A stretch of 64,000 bases of DNA. It comes from Blastocystis sp. Blastoise (Eukaryota > Protista > Bigyra: Opalinata). The stretch lies in the NCBI GenBank assembly GCA_039096225.1, contig JBBPEB010000006.1:1116001-1180000 (forward strand). The letters are read 5' to 3'. Below the pieces are notes generated by a model. The model was not told the origin of the DNA and did not search any database. It saw nothing but the letters and a program-made list of their open reading frames with translations. Each line of letters begins with the position of its first letter. Position 1 is the stretch's first letter. Shown piece after piece: positions 26,701 through 41,732 of this stretch. The position numbers and the translations under genes were made by a program.

Positions 26701-29700
26701 TCTCTTCCTGATGGACTAACACTTGATACTAATATTCTTTCTATATATGGTATTATTCATGGTAAGACTGGTAATACTGATTATACTATACATGCTACAT
26801 CTGTAATTGATACTCCATATGAATATACATTAACTATTTATGTTCGATCATGTCAATATCCTAATAATTTTATTAATATTCAACTTGAATATGAACAAGA
26901 AGCTGTTTATAAAATAAACATACATAGTTCTATAATATATCAACAAGAAAAAGAAATATATCATATATATGAAAGAAGTTCAGAAGACTATAATGTATGT
27001 CTCTCTCCATCAATATATTCCTTATCTATGTCTATTATGTATGGTGAATCTAGTTCAGTATCCAATGTATATGTCAATAATGTTTATTATAGTCAATTTG
27101 CTAATAATAATAGTGTATATTTATATTCATATCGATATGTTGATGCATCCAAGATGCCTATTATTTATTCTTATGATAATATAATTCCTCCTAAGCATTG
27201 GAATACATTATTATTTAATGATAATCTATGGTCTACAGTTCCTTCTTCTTCTTCTCTTCCTGATACTCCTAGTGATAGTATTACTCAGTATTATAGAATG
27301 CATTATACTATAGAAGATGCAGTATTTTTACGCTATCAATTAGATATAACTGTATCTACATATGCTGGTATGATCATATATATAAATGGTTTTGAAATAA
27401 GAAGAGTAAATATAGATGAATCTAATAAAATTGAATATAATACATTAGCTACCTCAGAATATAGTGAGTATAAACCATATAGAACTGTTATAAGTACTTA
27501 CATTGATCAAAGTATACGTCTCATTGGCGATAATGTTATTGCTATTGAAATACACAAATTTAATAATATTATTCAACCAAAGAATGGACTTTCTATAAAA
27601 ATTGACCTTATTAGTCTAGAAGATTTACCAACAGAAGGTTCACCAATAGAAGGTTCATGGTCTGTTAGCGGTGATGTAGATCCTGAATATCCATTAAGTA
27701 ATCTAGATGATAATGATGATAGTACATATACAGTAGTACATAATAAATGTTCAAATACTATATTAACCTATACATATAATGATGAAACATGTGTAGATGT
27801 AAATCAGTTTTATTTATATTATAACCATGATATGAGTTTATCATATAGTCCTGAGTCTATTGTAATAGAAGGAAATAATAATGGTGTACAATGGGATGAA
27901 CTTTCTACAATAGATGGAATAAGTATGGGTCATCATTATAATGGAAATTTTTATTTAAATAAATGTTATAATTCATATCGAATGAGAATTACACAATGTG
28001 GAACAGATCCAAGTTTATTTGAAAGTGAAAGTATGACTATTCTAAATGAACTACGATATATCGCTGTTGATTATGGCCGTATAGACAATGAATGGTCTGC
28101 AGCTAGAATTAATCAATACTCTTATAAGATTTGTCCTAAAGGATATACTAGTAATGCTAAACGTTTATGCACAAAAGGTGGATTACAAGCAATTGAAGGT
28201 GATCCAACATGTATAAAGATGAATCCTTCTGAATTATATTTTGAAGAAACAAATATTATTATTAAAAACAATAATTTCTATGAACAATATTATACAATAG
28301 ATGCTGTTGATACTGTTATTACAAGTTCTCCTTCTCTTCCTGATGGTATTATTATAGATTCTGTAACTCAAAGAATTTATGGTACTCCTACTATTCCATC
28401 TCTTAAAACTACTTATACTCTCTCTTATACTAGTAATGAAGGTGATATTGTTGACTTATCTCAAATTTCTATGATAATTATAGGTTTACCATGTTTAGCT
28501 GATAATAATTGGCCAGAAACTAACTCTGATTCTACTGCTTCTCTTCCTTGTCCTCAATATTATGAAGGTAATATATATAGATTATGTAGTTATAAAGGTG
28601 AATGGGAAGAAGCTAATACTAATGAATGCATATTTAGTGGTTCTACTCCTTGTACTGGTACTACTTATTATAATGGTAATGAATGTGAAGAATGTATAAA
28701 TGGTATTATTACGTCATTTAAAGGTAATAATATACAATGTACTCTTTGTAATGATAATGAATTCGTATATTATAATCAATGTGTTGCTAATGATGCTACT
28801 TGTCCTGCTAGTACTATTGATTCCTATCTATATCCTGAAACTGATATATTGAAGAATGGTATCGTTAATTGTACTAATGAAAATCAATATGGTTATTATA
28901 AAGTATATTGTGATTACATATCTGCACCTACTTGGTCTAATGATATTCATAAAGATCGTTGTTGTATGTTTTATTATTGTTATTATGTTAGTATTTGTTA
29001 TTATTATTATTAACCAAATTATTATTATTATATTTATTATTATTATGTTTATTATGTTTATTAATATGTTTATTATTATTTTCTATAGATCCTCGACCTG
29101 TTTCTATTCCTGGAAAAGCTTTAGAATCATTAGATTATTCTATGCAACTTAAGACAACTATTGATGATGTTTATTCTTTATTAGTATCTTTAGCAAGAAC
29201 CTTTGTAAATACTTATTCATATCAACTTACCGATCTTCTTCTTACTACAGATTATATAGCAGATAATGATGTATATTATTATTTATTATTCATTTTATAT
29301 TATATTATATATAGTCTAATAATACTCTTCTTCATGCATATTATGGTTCAAATAGAGATTTATATTCTTCTTCATCTTCTTCTAAAAGACAATTATTTCT
29401 GAATACAATTACTAACTATACAAATACTCCATTCAATTCTTCTTCTGTTCTTCTTTATAATCATACCACTTTAGCTAATACTAATGAATATTGTCAACTT
29501 CCAAATCAAGATGTGACTATTCCATTAAATTATTATTATATGATTTCAGAGGAAATAGAAAATCAAAAACAATACTCTACAACATATTTCTGTAAACAAG
29601 ATCAATTAAATTATATTCCAATTCCTGCTAGATTTACTGAAATAGGTACAAATACCTTGAATTTATTATTAGAATTCAAAGATTTTCCAAATATTTGGAT

Positions 29701-29962
29701 TCAACCTGAGATATTTATATCTATATATAGATCTATTTTAATATCTAGCAAAGTTCCTATTTCTCAATTAAGAAATACTATTTTAGTTTCAAATCCTGAA
29801 AAACTTATTGTTTATTATTTACTTAATATACCTAATGAAGTATTAATTGAAAGTGCTACTGTTTCCAATTATTTTAATGAAGAAGTATTAAATAATCAAT
29901 TAATGAGAAGAATTCCTTTTATATACGATTCTACTCAGTTTATGTTATCAACATCAAATTAA
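23704..29962 (+). CDS. Large secreted/surface protein with He_PIG (putative Ig) repeats, galactose-binding-like jelly-roll modules and Cys-rich HRM-like repeats
   Basis: Hydrophobic N-terminus MIILQFIVYCVFTLL. PSLPDG....D.....IYG(TP) motifs; YFR...G.I.Y.NG.E motifs; CLADNNWPET...LPC...YEG...RLC...GEW. Multi-exon, with a ~3.9-kb central exon. Confidence 0.85.
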
Positions 29963-32303
29963 TACTAGTGTTGCTAGTATGTATTGCCATCTTTAAATAT
30001 ATATATATTTATATTATACTGTTTACATATCTTTTATATTCTATTTATATATATTTTTATATTATATTTCTATCCATAAATTATTATAATGTTTTTTTAT
30101 TATTACTATTAATATATATATATTTTTATATTATACATATTTTTTATATAATGCGCTTATTTTTCTATTTAAAGATTATAAATAAACTTCAATACATATA
30201 CACTCTTTTATTTATACTTAGAAGTATATATATATATCTTTATACATATTTCATTCTCTTTCATAAAATATATTCTTATGAAATAGAGATTTTACTACAT
30301 TATTTTTTTTTATTAAATTTTCATGATATTATTATTTTTATTTATATTTTGTGGCTATATGCATATATTAACTTTTGTATTATATATATGTTTTCTTCAA
30401 ATTAATATCTATTATTATTATTATGTATTATTTATATACATATAGAAAAACTTTAGAATTAATAATATTATTATTATAATATAATATTTTATTATTCTCC
30501 AAATACTATAGATATATCATGTTTTTTTTTTCTTGATATATTTTCTCTTATTGCGCAAAAACATAATTCTATCAAGTTTTTTATTCATAGAATTCTTGAT
30601 ATTGATACTTAACCTTATATTTCTTTTCTTTTTTAATATATATATCTTTTCATAACAATATAATTATCTATTCTTTTATTGTTCGAGATTCAACTCCACT
30701 ATTTTGTTTTGTTAGCCTCAATATATATCTTTTTATGAGTTATATTTCATGAATAATTTATATGAAGCTAATAGATATTAATATATATATTTAATTGAGT
30801 TTTTAAAAGATTCACATAGTATTTCTCACTAATTTCACTAATAATTCTTTTTAAAATCAAGATGCTACTATTCTATATGTTTTTGCTAAAGTAGTTAATA
30901 ATGGGTTATAATATGTATTCTAATAAGATTTTCATTGACTTAATTCACTTTTTTAAAACTATTTAATTGATATGTTCAGTTAAACTTAACTTTTATTTAT
31001 TAATAACTATAGAAATAAATTACTAATACAACTATTTTATTATTTTATTGTTGATAATTTTTATAAAACCATTCTTACCAGTGATATGATAAGAAACCGA
31101 TAAATAATTTTTGTTAAAGAAAAAATAGTTATCTATTTTTATCATGTTATTATTGTTTATATTATTATCTATAGATTTAATTATATATATTTTAGAGAGT
31201 AAGTAATCTGTTATATTGTTTTATTTAGAATATATTATACATACCAATAGAATTAAATAGGTTATTTATACATATTAATAAGTATATATATATCTATTTT
31301 ATTTATCATAGAGATCATAAGAAAATAGTATCATACAAAACATATTGAATATATATTTAAAAATATTAATAAAATATATCTTTTTTTTAATGATAATATA
31401 CTTGAGAGAAAGAGTTAAATAAGTAGATATGTAGAAATAAATTAAATAAAACTTTGAATATCTGTAATGTATAGAAAGAAAGAGATTTAGTGATATACCT
31501 ATTAACAGCACAAATAATACATACAACTTTATATTGCATTTCATTTAATAGAAGAGTTTAAACGCAATTAACACTAATTATAGTTTAATTTTTATAAAGA
31601 AAAGAGTAGATAATTTTAAACATAATAATTTAATTTGAAGAGAGTAAACATTTTTAATGTGATTTCACTTCAGAATATATGAATGATGTCCCTTTGATAA
31701 TCATTACATATATAAAATATATTTCACATTTTAATAGACATTAAAATGATATTTTAAGCCAAATATCATTCATTTCTATTAATTTGATTTTTAAAAATAT
31801 AATACTTGAAAGAATAATTAATATATTTGATTGCAACATCACCTGTTTATATAATCTTAATAATCTAAACAAAGTGAATACTTCATTTTAACAATTTGAT
31901 TGATATAATTACAACTATTTTTCATTTGATTGAGTAAAAACATATTTATGACTTTAATGAGAATATAAACAAAATTTTATTTTGTTTTAATATTTGATAA
32001 TATGCTTTGAAAAATGAATAATGTATTCTTTCTGAAATCTTCATAAATCTCAAATAAGTTGATCTGAAAAAGACTGAATAAAGAAATCGTGAAAATTTAC
32101 AATATATAGCTACAATTTTTTGAAATTATCGTAGTTATTATTTTCGAATATTTTACAAGTTTTGTTCTTTCTTATCTCCATGATTCATTAAAATTAGGCA
32201 ATATTCAACAGCTTTTAGGCTATTTACTTATTATTTAAATAAAAGTGTATCTTTTAGGTACGATAATTTATGATCTTTCTGTAGTTATAGTTGAATCCAA
32301 GTA

Positions 32304-33950
32304 ATGTCTACAACAGAATTTAAATTAACTGAAGATAAATGTATTTGAATATGATTAATAATACCTTAATCTATTTGTAGACTTGTTTACATTTCAGGAT
32401 GAGACGCAATTATGGATTTCTAAAGAATTTATTGAGAAATATCAGCAATTACCCTTTTATGATATTATTGAACACTCTGATAAATATGAAGATGGTAGTT
32501 ATTATATAGATATGCTTCCTTTTCATATGGAGAAAGTGATTAAATTTTTAATAGACGATGATAAAGATATATCATCATTAAATCTACGAGATAGCTTTGA
32601 TATATATAAAACACTTACTGAATATTTAGTTACGATTGATAATGAATTTCAAAGTGATTTATTATTTCATGTTAAAGAATTATTTTATAAATATTTGAAA
32701 GACAATAATTATGATGTATATGTATTTAATTGTAATTATATTAAATCACGTATGCCTATGGAATTATTCAGTTTAAAAGAGAAAGAAATACGTTCTAATG
32801 GTATATATATATATAAATAAATATATATATATATAGGATTATTTACCCCTCAACGAAAAGATGAATTATTATATTATTCTCTTCTTATTAAAATGATGAA
32901 TATTACTAAAGTTGAAATTACATGTATATATATATAATATAATATAAATAGTAAAATATATATAGATGCTTATTCTTCGAATATTCCATTAGAATATATA
33001 TGTCCATCGTGTATTCAAGATATATTCCCTTCATTAAAAGAACTAAAGATTACTGGTATATATATAATACATTAATAATTCTATTATATAGTGAATACGC
33101 ATTATAAGAAGACTGAACTATTATTGAATCCAAATAGTGATGAATATATGATGGAATATGCTCGTCTATTATATGATAATGAATATAGAATATATAATCC
33201 TGAAGAATATGAGTATTATACAGAATCTGATATGAATGAATATAATAAGATTTCTTCTTTCGATTTTAATAAATTATATAATTCTCATGATTTAATTGAT
33301 TCCTATAATGAAAGAAGACAAAGTAACCAATTGCGTAAACTATATAAAAATATAGTTAATGAAGGTATATATGAAAATGATTATTCAAATGTGGAAATAA
33401 GTAAAAAAGAAAATGAATATACATTATATAGTCAAATCAGTATTAAATATGATGGTATATATATATTCTTTAAAATCATATAATTTAGTATTGTTATACA
33501 TAGATGAAAAAAATGATAAAACATATTGGTATCTAATTCTATTTTTTAATGAATTGTGACGAATTTATAAATATATATATATATATTAGGATTAATAACA
33601 TGTCTTCTAAATTAGGTATATCTCAGTTATTACTTCTTCCTTCCTATTTGGGTATTTCTCAAGTCATGTTAAATACACGTAAATAAATATATATATAATG
33701 AATTAAATAATTTATTTTAGATTCTATAACACAATGTAATTATATGACTTTTATAAACTCATATCAAGAAGGTATTTTTGATTCTTTAATCCTATTAATA
33801 TTCGATGGAGTATTATTTGGTTATTAATATTTTTATTATTCTATATAGTTAATGGATTTATTAATGAAATTGATAAGAATCTATTTAATATAATAATAGC
33901 AACTGACGTATTTCTTAATATTACTGAACTCATATATGATAGTGATGATA

Positions 33951-33988
<38 letters not shown>

Positions 33989-34733
33989 TATTTATAGAAT
34001 CTTTCCAATTATCGTTAATAAAGAAAGAATGCTTCCCAAAATTACATATTATCAATTACAAAATTGAAATAAGTAAATTTATGTATTAATAAATACACTA
34101 TTATTGTTTATCTAGCTACTGATAATTTTGATTCTTTATTTCCTGTTAATATAATGTCTGTGATTGATACTATTCGTATAAATGATATTGATTATGATAA
34201 AGAAGAAGAAATAGCTCTTCTTTTAGATAATCTAGTTTATACTCATTCAATTCATATTTATGGAATTGGTATATATATATATTTTATATATTTTAAATTA
34301 TAATACTGTATATATAATAATAATATTATTTATTTATTTTTATATAGATGATTGGATTGATTATTTTCCACATTTAAAAGAATTATTAGCGAAAAAGCTT
34401 ATTTCTTTTGATAATCTTAATAGTATGAAATATTTCTTTATTCTTTTAATTTATTATTATATATTATATTTTAAATAGTTGATTCTTCTGATTCTGAGAA
34501 TATCAAAATATTAGATTTAATTGAAAATAGTAATCTGAATATTGATAGTTTAAATATAAGATTTAAAGGTATTCATTAATATTTGTAATCTATATATTGT
34601 TGATATAGAATAATAAGCTAATTTTTATTTATTTATAGATGATCACGGTGAAATTGATAAAAGAAATTCATTAGAAAGATTCTTAAAGAGTAATATATTA
34701 GAACATTTGAATAAATTAAGTGTTAGATGTATT

Positions 34734-34772
<39 letters not shown>

Positions 34773-36139
34773 TTTATTATGCTTTGTATAATATCTATAG
34801 TTCATTATGATCTAAGTATGGAATACTTAGAATGGATTTCAACTCTTTTTAATGATAATAAGTTTAATAATATTAAAGAATTAACGATTGATTATGGTAT
34901 ATTATATTATATAATATATGAATATTAATAAATAATTTTTGATAATATCGAAGGCTTTTCATATGAATGTTTAATGATATATGAGAATATCACAAAGAAA
35001 TTAATTTATAAGGCTTCTATTGTTAATATAGATGGTAATTCTTTATATATATGTTTTTTTATGATTCATAATATTTCATTTAATTATTTTTTAACTATTA
35101 TATTAGATTGTAGAATGACTTTTCTAAATCGATTAATTCACAATGGTTGTTTTCATAATACAACTCAATTAATTATAAGTATATATTAAATATATATATA
35201 TATATTGTTTCAATTATAATATATTATATATTTCGTTCAAATATATGTTAATAAATATTAATTTAGGAATTAATGATATACCTGATGATGACTTTTTAAA
35301 ACTATATACTACTGATAATTTCCCCCAATTAAAATCTATCAAGATTTGTATATATATATTAAAAACAATAATTATTATATTCTATATTATGAATCATGAA
35401 TATATACAAATAGTTTTATCATTATTTAATAATTATCTTTTTAAAAAAAAATATATATATATATAGGTAAATATGATTATAGAGAATGTTGGATTTCTTT
35501 TATTCAAGAATTATGTACATATATGAATAATAATAACTTTCCATTTTCAAGTATTGTCCGATTGAATGGTATGTTAATAATAATATAATGATTCTATTCA
35601 TATTCATTAGTATTATGTTTCTATAGATACCAACGATTATTATTCTAATAATGATTATATTAATGATCCAAATTATTCTATTTTGCGATGTAAATATGAT
35701 AAAAATTCATATATAGATACAATTATTAATGCACAAAGTATATATATACATATGTATATAACTAGCATATTATGCATATATATAGAGATGTCAATAAGTA
35801 AATATGAGATGGAAACGTTATTTGAGTGTATAAATGAAAATATAACTCAAAATATAAAAAGTTTACAATTGGGTATATATATACACATTTTATATACTAT
35901 ATTCATTATAGATATTTATGAGGAGGAACAATTATCAAAACTTATCAATTTTATTACTATTGGAAAATTTCCTAAATTGAAAGAGTTTCTGTTCAATATT
36001 CGTATATATATAGTTATGTTTATTAATATTATATTATAAAGGTTGTGATATTTCAGATGAGCAAATCGATATATACGAACAACAATTGAGTAAGTCTTCA
36101 TTTATTCGAGAAAATCATGTGGATTATAAATTTTTTTAA
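32304..36139 (+). CDS. Lineage-specific protein with an N-terminal BTB/POZ-like domain and LRR-like (FPxLKxL) repeats; >20 short introns
   Basis: MSTTEFKLTEDK|..FTFQDETQLWISKEFIEKY...YYIDM...EKVIKFL. Repeated FPSLKEL, FPHLKEL, FPQLKSI, FPKLKEF. Last exon ends YKFF*. Integrity of every exon not verified. Confidence 0.7.
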
Positions 36140-37595
36140 GTTAATTGAATTTTTTTTCTATTTGTTTTTATTCTTTATATTGTTATGTTAATTATTATTT
36201 TTTTTAATGTTTTTATTAGTTATATATATAAACAATTATTTCTTTTTGCTTTTTAATAAAGATATTTCAAACATAGCATAATAATATTTACAATTTTACA
36301 TAATAAATATTATATAGTGTTATTTATGATTATTATGAATTCATTACAATATCATTTTATTAATTATTCAGTAAAACGCAATAGATCTCTCTACAGAATT
36401 ATATTTATGACAATGATATCTTGAATACCTAAAACCATAATTATTTTATAACATATATTCTTTTATAAAAACTTTAAAAAAGAATTTTTGGGGTCTATTT
36501 GTCTTAGTCTATTGAAAGAATTAATAAGAATTCCTTTTTTATCTTAATTATATGAAGATAATTGATTTTTAAAGTTGTTTCACACAAGTGTCAAAAGGAA
36601 ATATGAGATATATATAGTTTTATAAATTCTAAAATATATTTTATACATTTATGATATAGAATAGTTACTTTTTTTATCTATAATTAAATAGAAACAAATG
36701 TAAAAATATTTATTATATGAATTATTTATGTTGATAACAAGTACTTATTTGAAACAATAGTGATTCAATTCTTATATTATTTCACAATGAATAATTCTAA
36801 AATATTAATTATTTATTAAGAATAATAAAATACATGTATAATAGAAAATATTTTTAAATATTCATGTTACATAATTTTTATTACTATATCAATGACACAT
36901 AAGCAATATATATTGATAATAAATAACTAATAATTATGATTATGATTAGTAGAGAATAGCTTAATAAGGTATTATATAAAATATAAAAAATTAAATATTA
37001 TGAAATAAAAGTGGAAGAATAAGAAGGAGATAGAAAATAAAGAAGAGATAACTGTACAAGGAGATAATAGAAAGCATTCTATTCGATAAATAGAGATATA
37101 TATAGTAAATGTAATATGTAATAATAAACAATTTATTAAAAAAAGTAGAAAATGGGAATAATTACAAGAATAACATAATAATCATATCAATTACAAGAAT
37201 AATTATCAAATATGAATTTATGAATATCTTATAAATTAAAATAAAGCTGTGTATATAGAAAAATAAGAAGATTATCAATCAAAATGTATGTAAAGTTAAT
37301 AATATGAAAAAACTAAAAATGATATTTTACTTATAAGTTCTTCTATATTCAAAATTAGCATCAAATCAACGATTTAAAGTAATCAATGAAGTAAAGATCA
37401 ACAATAAACTGTCTAATTTAAAAATTTATAGGATATCCTTGTAAATAACGATTATTCATAAGCATCTGTAATAATACTGATAATTATATATGTAGAATAA
37501 GCTATTAATCAGAAACAAAATAATTTTTTGGAAATAATCGAGATTTTTGTCTGTTTAAAGTATTTTTGTTTATTTCGCTTCTTATATGGTAGAGA

Positions 37596-39115
37596 ATGGC
37601 AAAAGAGAATGTAGAATTTGATGGTAGTAGCATTGTTGATATTCAGAAGGATGTAATTCGTTTTGAAAGACTGATTGGTGATTTGATTGGTATTTTAAGT
37701 AAGTTAATAAATGATTATATTTATTTGAACGAGTCTTAAATGAAATTAAGAATTGAATAGCAAGAAGTTATGAAAGAATGAATGATAAGAATGGTGATGA
37801 TCCACGTATAATTATCCAAAAATCTTCATAGGTTCATAAATATGATCTGAATATAAATGATAATGATAATAAAATTGATTACATTAGATTCACAAGCATT
37901 AATCTACTTTGTTTCTTAAAAAAATCAAAAATAGTATAGCAGATGGCTAATTAATTATAATCTAAAATAAATTGAAGAACTGTTGATGAAAAAATTTATT
38001 TAGATTATCCTTATGATAAACTACCATTTCTTTATTGATTTTGTTTTCTTTAAATAAGAGAATGAAAGTTTTATATATTGTTTTATGAAGAAGATTAATA
38101 CAATTTGGATTTCTCTGAATTTTATTATTTATCTCTTCCTGAAGAATTAATGAAAATTTATTGTTGAAAAAATAATAGTGTGAAACAATATAAAAATATT
38201 ATAAAGTTATTTTTTATAAGAATGATAAGAAAAAATGAAGTATTAAGTAGTTATTATAGAAGAATAAATTATATAATAAAATTGTTAATAAATATGTAGA
38301 AGATTATGATAAAAAAATATTATGAAGAAATAAACAATTTATATATATATGAATCAATAAAAATGGTTTATATGTATATTTCTAATAATGATACTTGAAA
38401 GGTAGATTGAAATAGAACAAACTGGAATCTATTATTTACCTGGTAATCAAAGAAATTCTACTATTAAAATGGATAGAATATATTCATATATCATGTTCAT
38501 ATTTATATATATTGAATATAACACTATAATAATCCATTAGTTAATTGGCTTTGCAAGAAAAGAAATGCAATTATTATGTAGATATATATATATATAGTAT
38601 TTTTTATTATATATTATATAAAGCATAATTATTCTTCTAGAGAATTCCAGTGATATTGTGATAATAAAGGAGTTACAATAACTCTAATAAGACATATAGG
38701 TCATGATAATCATATTAATAGATTTGAAGGATATACTGATCAAAAATTGATATAAATCAATTTGTATATAATACTTTTACATTATTAATGCTTTATATAA
38801 TGAATATTAGACTAAGAATACTTTTTTCTGTATTTACCTTATAAGGTGATTCTAATGAATTTCTATATATATTAAATAATAAACATAATATTTCTTCTTC
38901 TCACTATAAATATATATTGATATTTTTTAAAGGTAATAAAAATACTCATATATCAGGTCAGTATTATTATACAAGTAATTCTTTTTATATAACAACAAAT
39001 CTTCAAAATTAAAATAAATATCAGTAAGAACAAGTTGCTATTTACACATAGTAATACTATTAATTTAGATAATTTTTTTATTATAAAAAATATAAAATAT
39101 TAGGAGAAGATAAGA
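37596..39115 (+). pseudogene. Heavily degraded BTB-TLDc paralogue
   Basis: MAKENVEFD..., IYLDYP, NPLVNWL, EFQ*YCDNKGVTITLIRHIGHDNHINRFEGYTDQ are collinear with the 6112-8078 gene; many stops and indels. Confidence 0.8.
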
Positions 39116-39412
39116 ATAAAATAGATCCCTTTATAATACTATAGAACTTATATATAATAATGTTTTGTATATTAATGTTCTTTTTAATTGTGTATTAGAT
39201 ATAAATAATTTAACTTTGTTATGTGCCAACTGGAGTTCTGCAAAAAAACACTTTGGAAGACACAAACAAACAAATACAATTATTTTTTTGAAAGCCAAAA
39301 TCAATCAGTAGATTTTGTTGTTATACAAATAATGAAAAAAAAACAAAACAATTCAATAATAAACATACTAAAATCTATATAAATTTCTATATTTATAAAA
39401 AAAAATTTAGAT

Positions 39413-40796
39413 TTAGTTTTGAGGAACAGCACGGAGCATGATGACACCATGAGGAGGAACTTGTTCATTAGTATAAGATTCAGTAAATATACCTAAATCA
39501 GTATGTGTAAATAAGTTACGAAGAGCAAAAGATTTAACTTGAGTGAATTCAGAGAATTTAGTAGTAACAGTAGCAGGTTGATCATTAGAATTTAATAAAA
39601 CAATAGCCCATTCATTATTTTGTAATTGACGTACCCAGACTTCTTCATTCTTAGCTTCACCAATTCTATAACCAGAAATACCTAAAGGATCTTGATCAAC
39701 AGCAATAACTTCCTTATTAAGAAGAATTTCCTTAGCCCAAGAAGTAATATTTCTTAAATCATTAGTCATATATAAAGGAGCAGCAAGAACAGACCAAATA
39801 GCCATTTGAGTTTCAGATTCATCTTTATTAAGACCATCTTTCATACCAATAACAATCATATCAGGATCATTCCAATGACCAGGACCAGCATATTTAAACC
39901 ATAAACTAGTATTACCAAAAACAGTCATAATTTGACGAATAGAAGCCCAAGTAGGACGAATATCCCACCAATTTCTCCATAAGTTACAATATTTAGGTAA
40001 CATTTCATAATATTTATAATTATCAGTAGAACCAGCATAAGCAGCCCAAGAACAAGAATAAAGAATAGGACGACCAGTAGCATTTAAGAAATAAGACATA
40101 GCAGGATAAGCATCCATTTGATCTAAAACTTCAGAATAACATCCATCCATCTTAAGAGCATCAACACCCCAAGAAGCGAAAGTTTCAGCATCGATTTCAA
40201 GATAACCCTTAGAACCAGGATATCCTTCACAAGTTAAAGTACCATAATCGTTGTAAATACCAAAGTATATATTCTTACTATGCATATAGTCACCAACATA
40301 TTTCATACCATGAGGGAATCTTTCAGGATCAGGAACTAAACGATGGTTAGCATCTCTTTCATGAGTAGACCAACAATCATCAATATTAATACGATATATA
40401 AAAATAATAAATAATGGCTTATTTCTTGTTAAAATAAACAAAATTAGTAGAAATCGATATATAAAATAATAAAGAAATAAATAATGAATTTAGAAATATA
40501 TATACGATCATAACCAGCTTCAAGATAACCATCTTCAACCATTTTATCAGTCATCTTAATGAAAAGATCTTCATTAACACAACCGTCAGGGTGAGTCTTA
40601 CAATCAATGGTACAACGATATTGTTCCCAAGGCATCCATCCCTATAGAATCAAAAAATAAATAAGAATAAAGCAATAAATGAGAATGAGTGACAGCATAA
40701 AGGGCAATAAAAACATACCATAGGAGGAGTAAGAGCAAGACCATTATCTAAAGCGAAAACGGAAGCCACAAATAATAAAACGAGAAAACCTTTCAT
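39413..40796 (-). CDS. NAGA: Secreted GH27 alpha-N-acetylgalactosaminidase/alpha-galactosidase; exons 40796-40719, 40641-40506, 40392-39413
   Basis: Signal peptide, LDNGLALTPPMGW, NIDDCW, LKMDGC (nucleophile), SCSWAAY, NLWRNWWDI (acid/base), GHWNDPDM, AVDQDPLG. Confidence 0.92.
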
Positions 40797-41539
40797 TTTT
40801 TAAGTGAAAAAGAAATAAAAAAATGAGAACTGTAATGATCTTTTCATAATACTATTCACCAAACGTGTCATTGTGACGTATATCCTATAAATTAATAATG
40901 AAAAAGAAAACTAGGCTTTCATTGGGCAATGAGTTTTATCGATTTCATTTTCCAGAAAAACAAGATTTCTCTCAAAAAGTAAACAACACTAATAGAAAAA
41001 TTGTTTGGATTATTGGTTACTGTAGATGACGCGCAGTGACTGATTCCTTTGGGAAAAGGTAAGAACGACAAATGATTGGCATAAATGAATCGTAAAACTT
41101 ATTCCAAAAGGCTTACGAAAAACATTAAAGAAAACACAACCACATTGTTCTCTATGAATAATTGTTTGTTTATAGAAAAAATAAGTTATTTTTTCATTGT
41201 AGAATGATGTGCAATGAATTGACGTAGAGAGTAATGGATTGTGAATAGTTTAATATAAATAGTATGAAAAATCAATCATCGACAACGTGTTTCGTGTGTG
41301 AACCATTTGAAGATTGAAAAATTGTGTCATGGAGTGTACTGAAGGCAAAAATCATTTTTTAACGAATATTTGAAATAGAAGCGAAGAAGAAAATTTTTTT
41401 ATTAAAAAATGTTTTAATTTTTAATTATTTATTTTGTTTTTTTAAATATAAAAATAAATATTTATTAATGAAAATGAACATTTTTTATGTGAAAAGTAGT
41501 TAGATAATGATTACTCAAGAGTTTAGAATGTCTCTATAT

Positions 41540-41732
41540 CAGTGCCTTCCCGACTTTTTGTGACACTTGCGGTGACTTTTTTTGACAGTCACATAAAGTC
41601 GCTTTAAGTCAGACTTAATATGACTTAATATAATAATAAATATTTTTACACTGTCAAAAATTAACAAAAGTGTCACATTTTTCTGTGACAATTGCGGCAC
41701 CGCAAAAAAAAAGGGCCTTTTGGAAGTCACTG
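41540..41732. mobile_element. hAT-superfamily MITE, 193 bp
   Basis: TIRs CAGTGCCTTCC / CAGTGACTTCC. 8-bp TSD CTCTATAT at 41532-41539 and 41733-41740. Internal GTGAC/GTCAC repeats. Confidence 0.9.
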
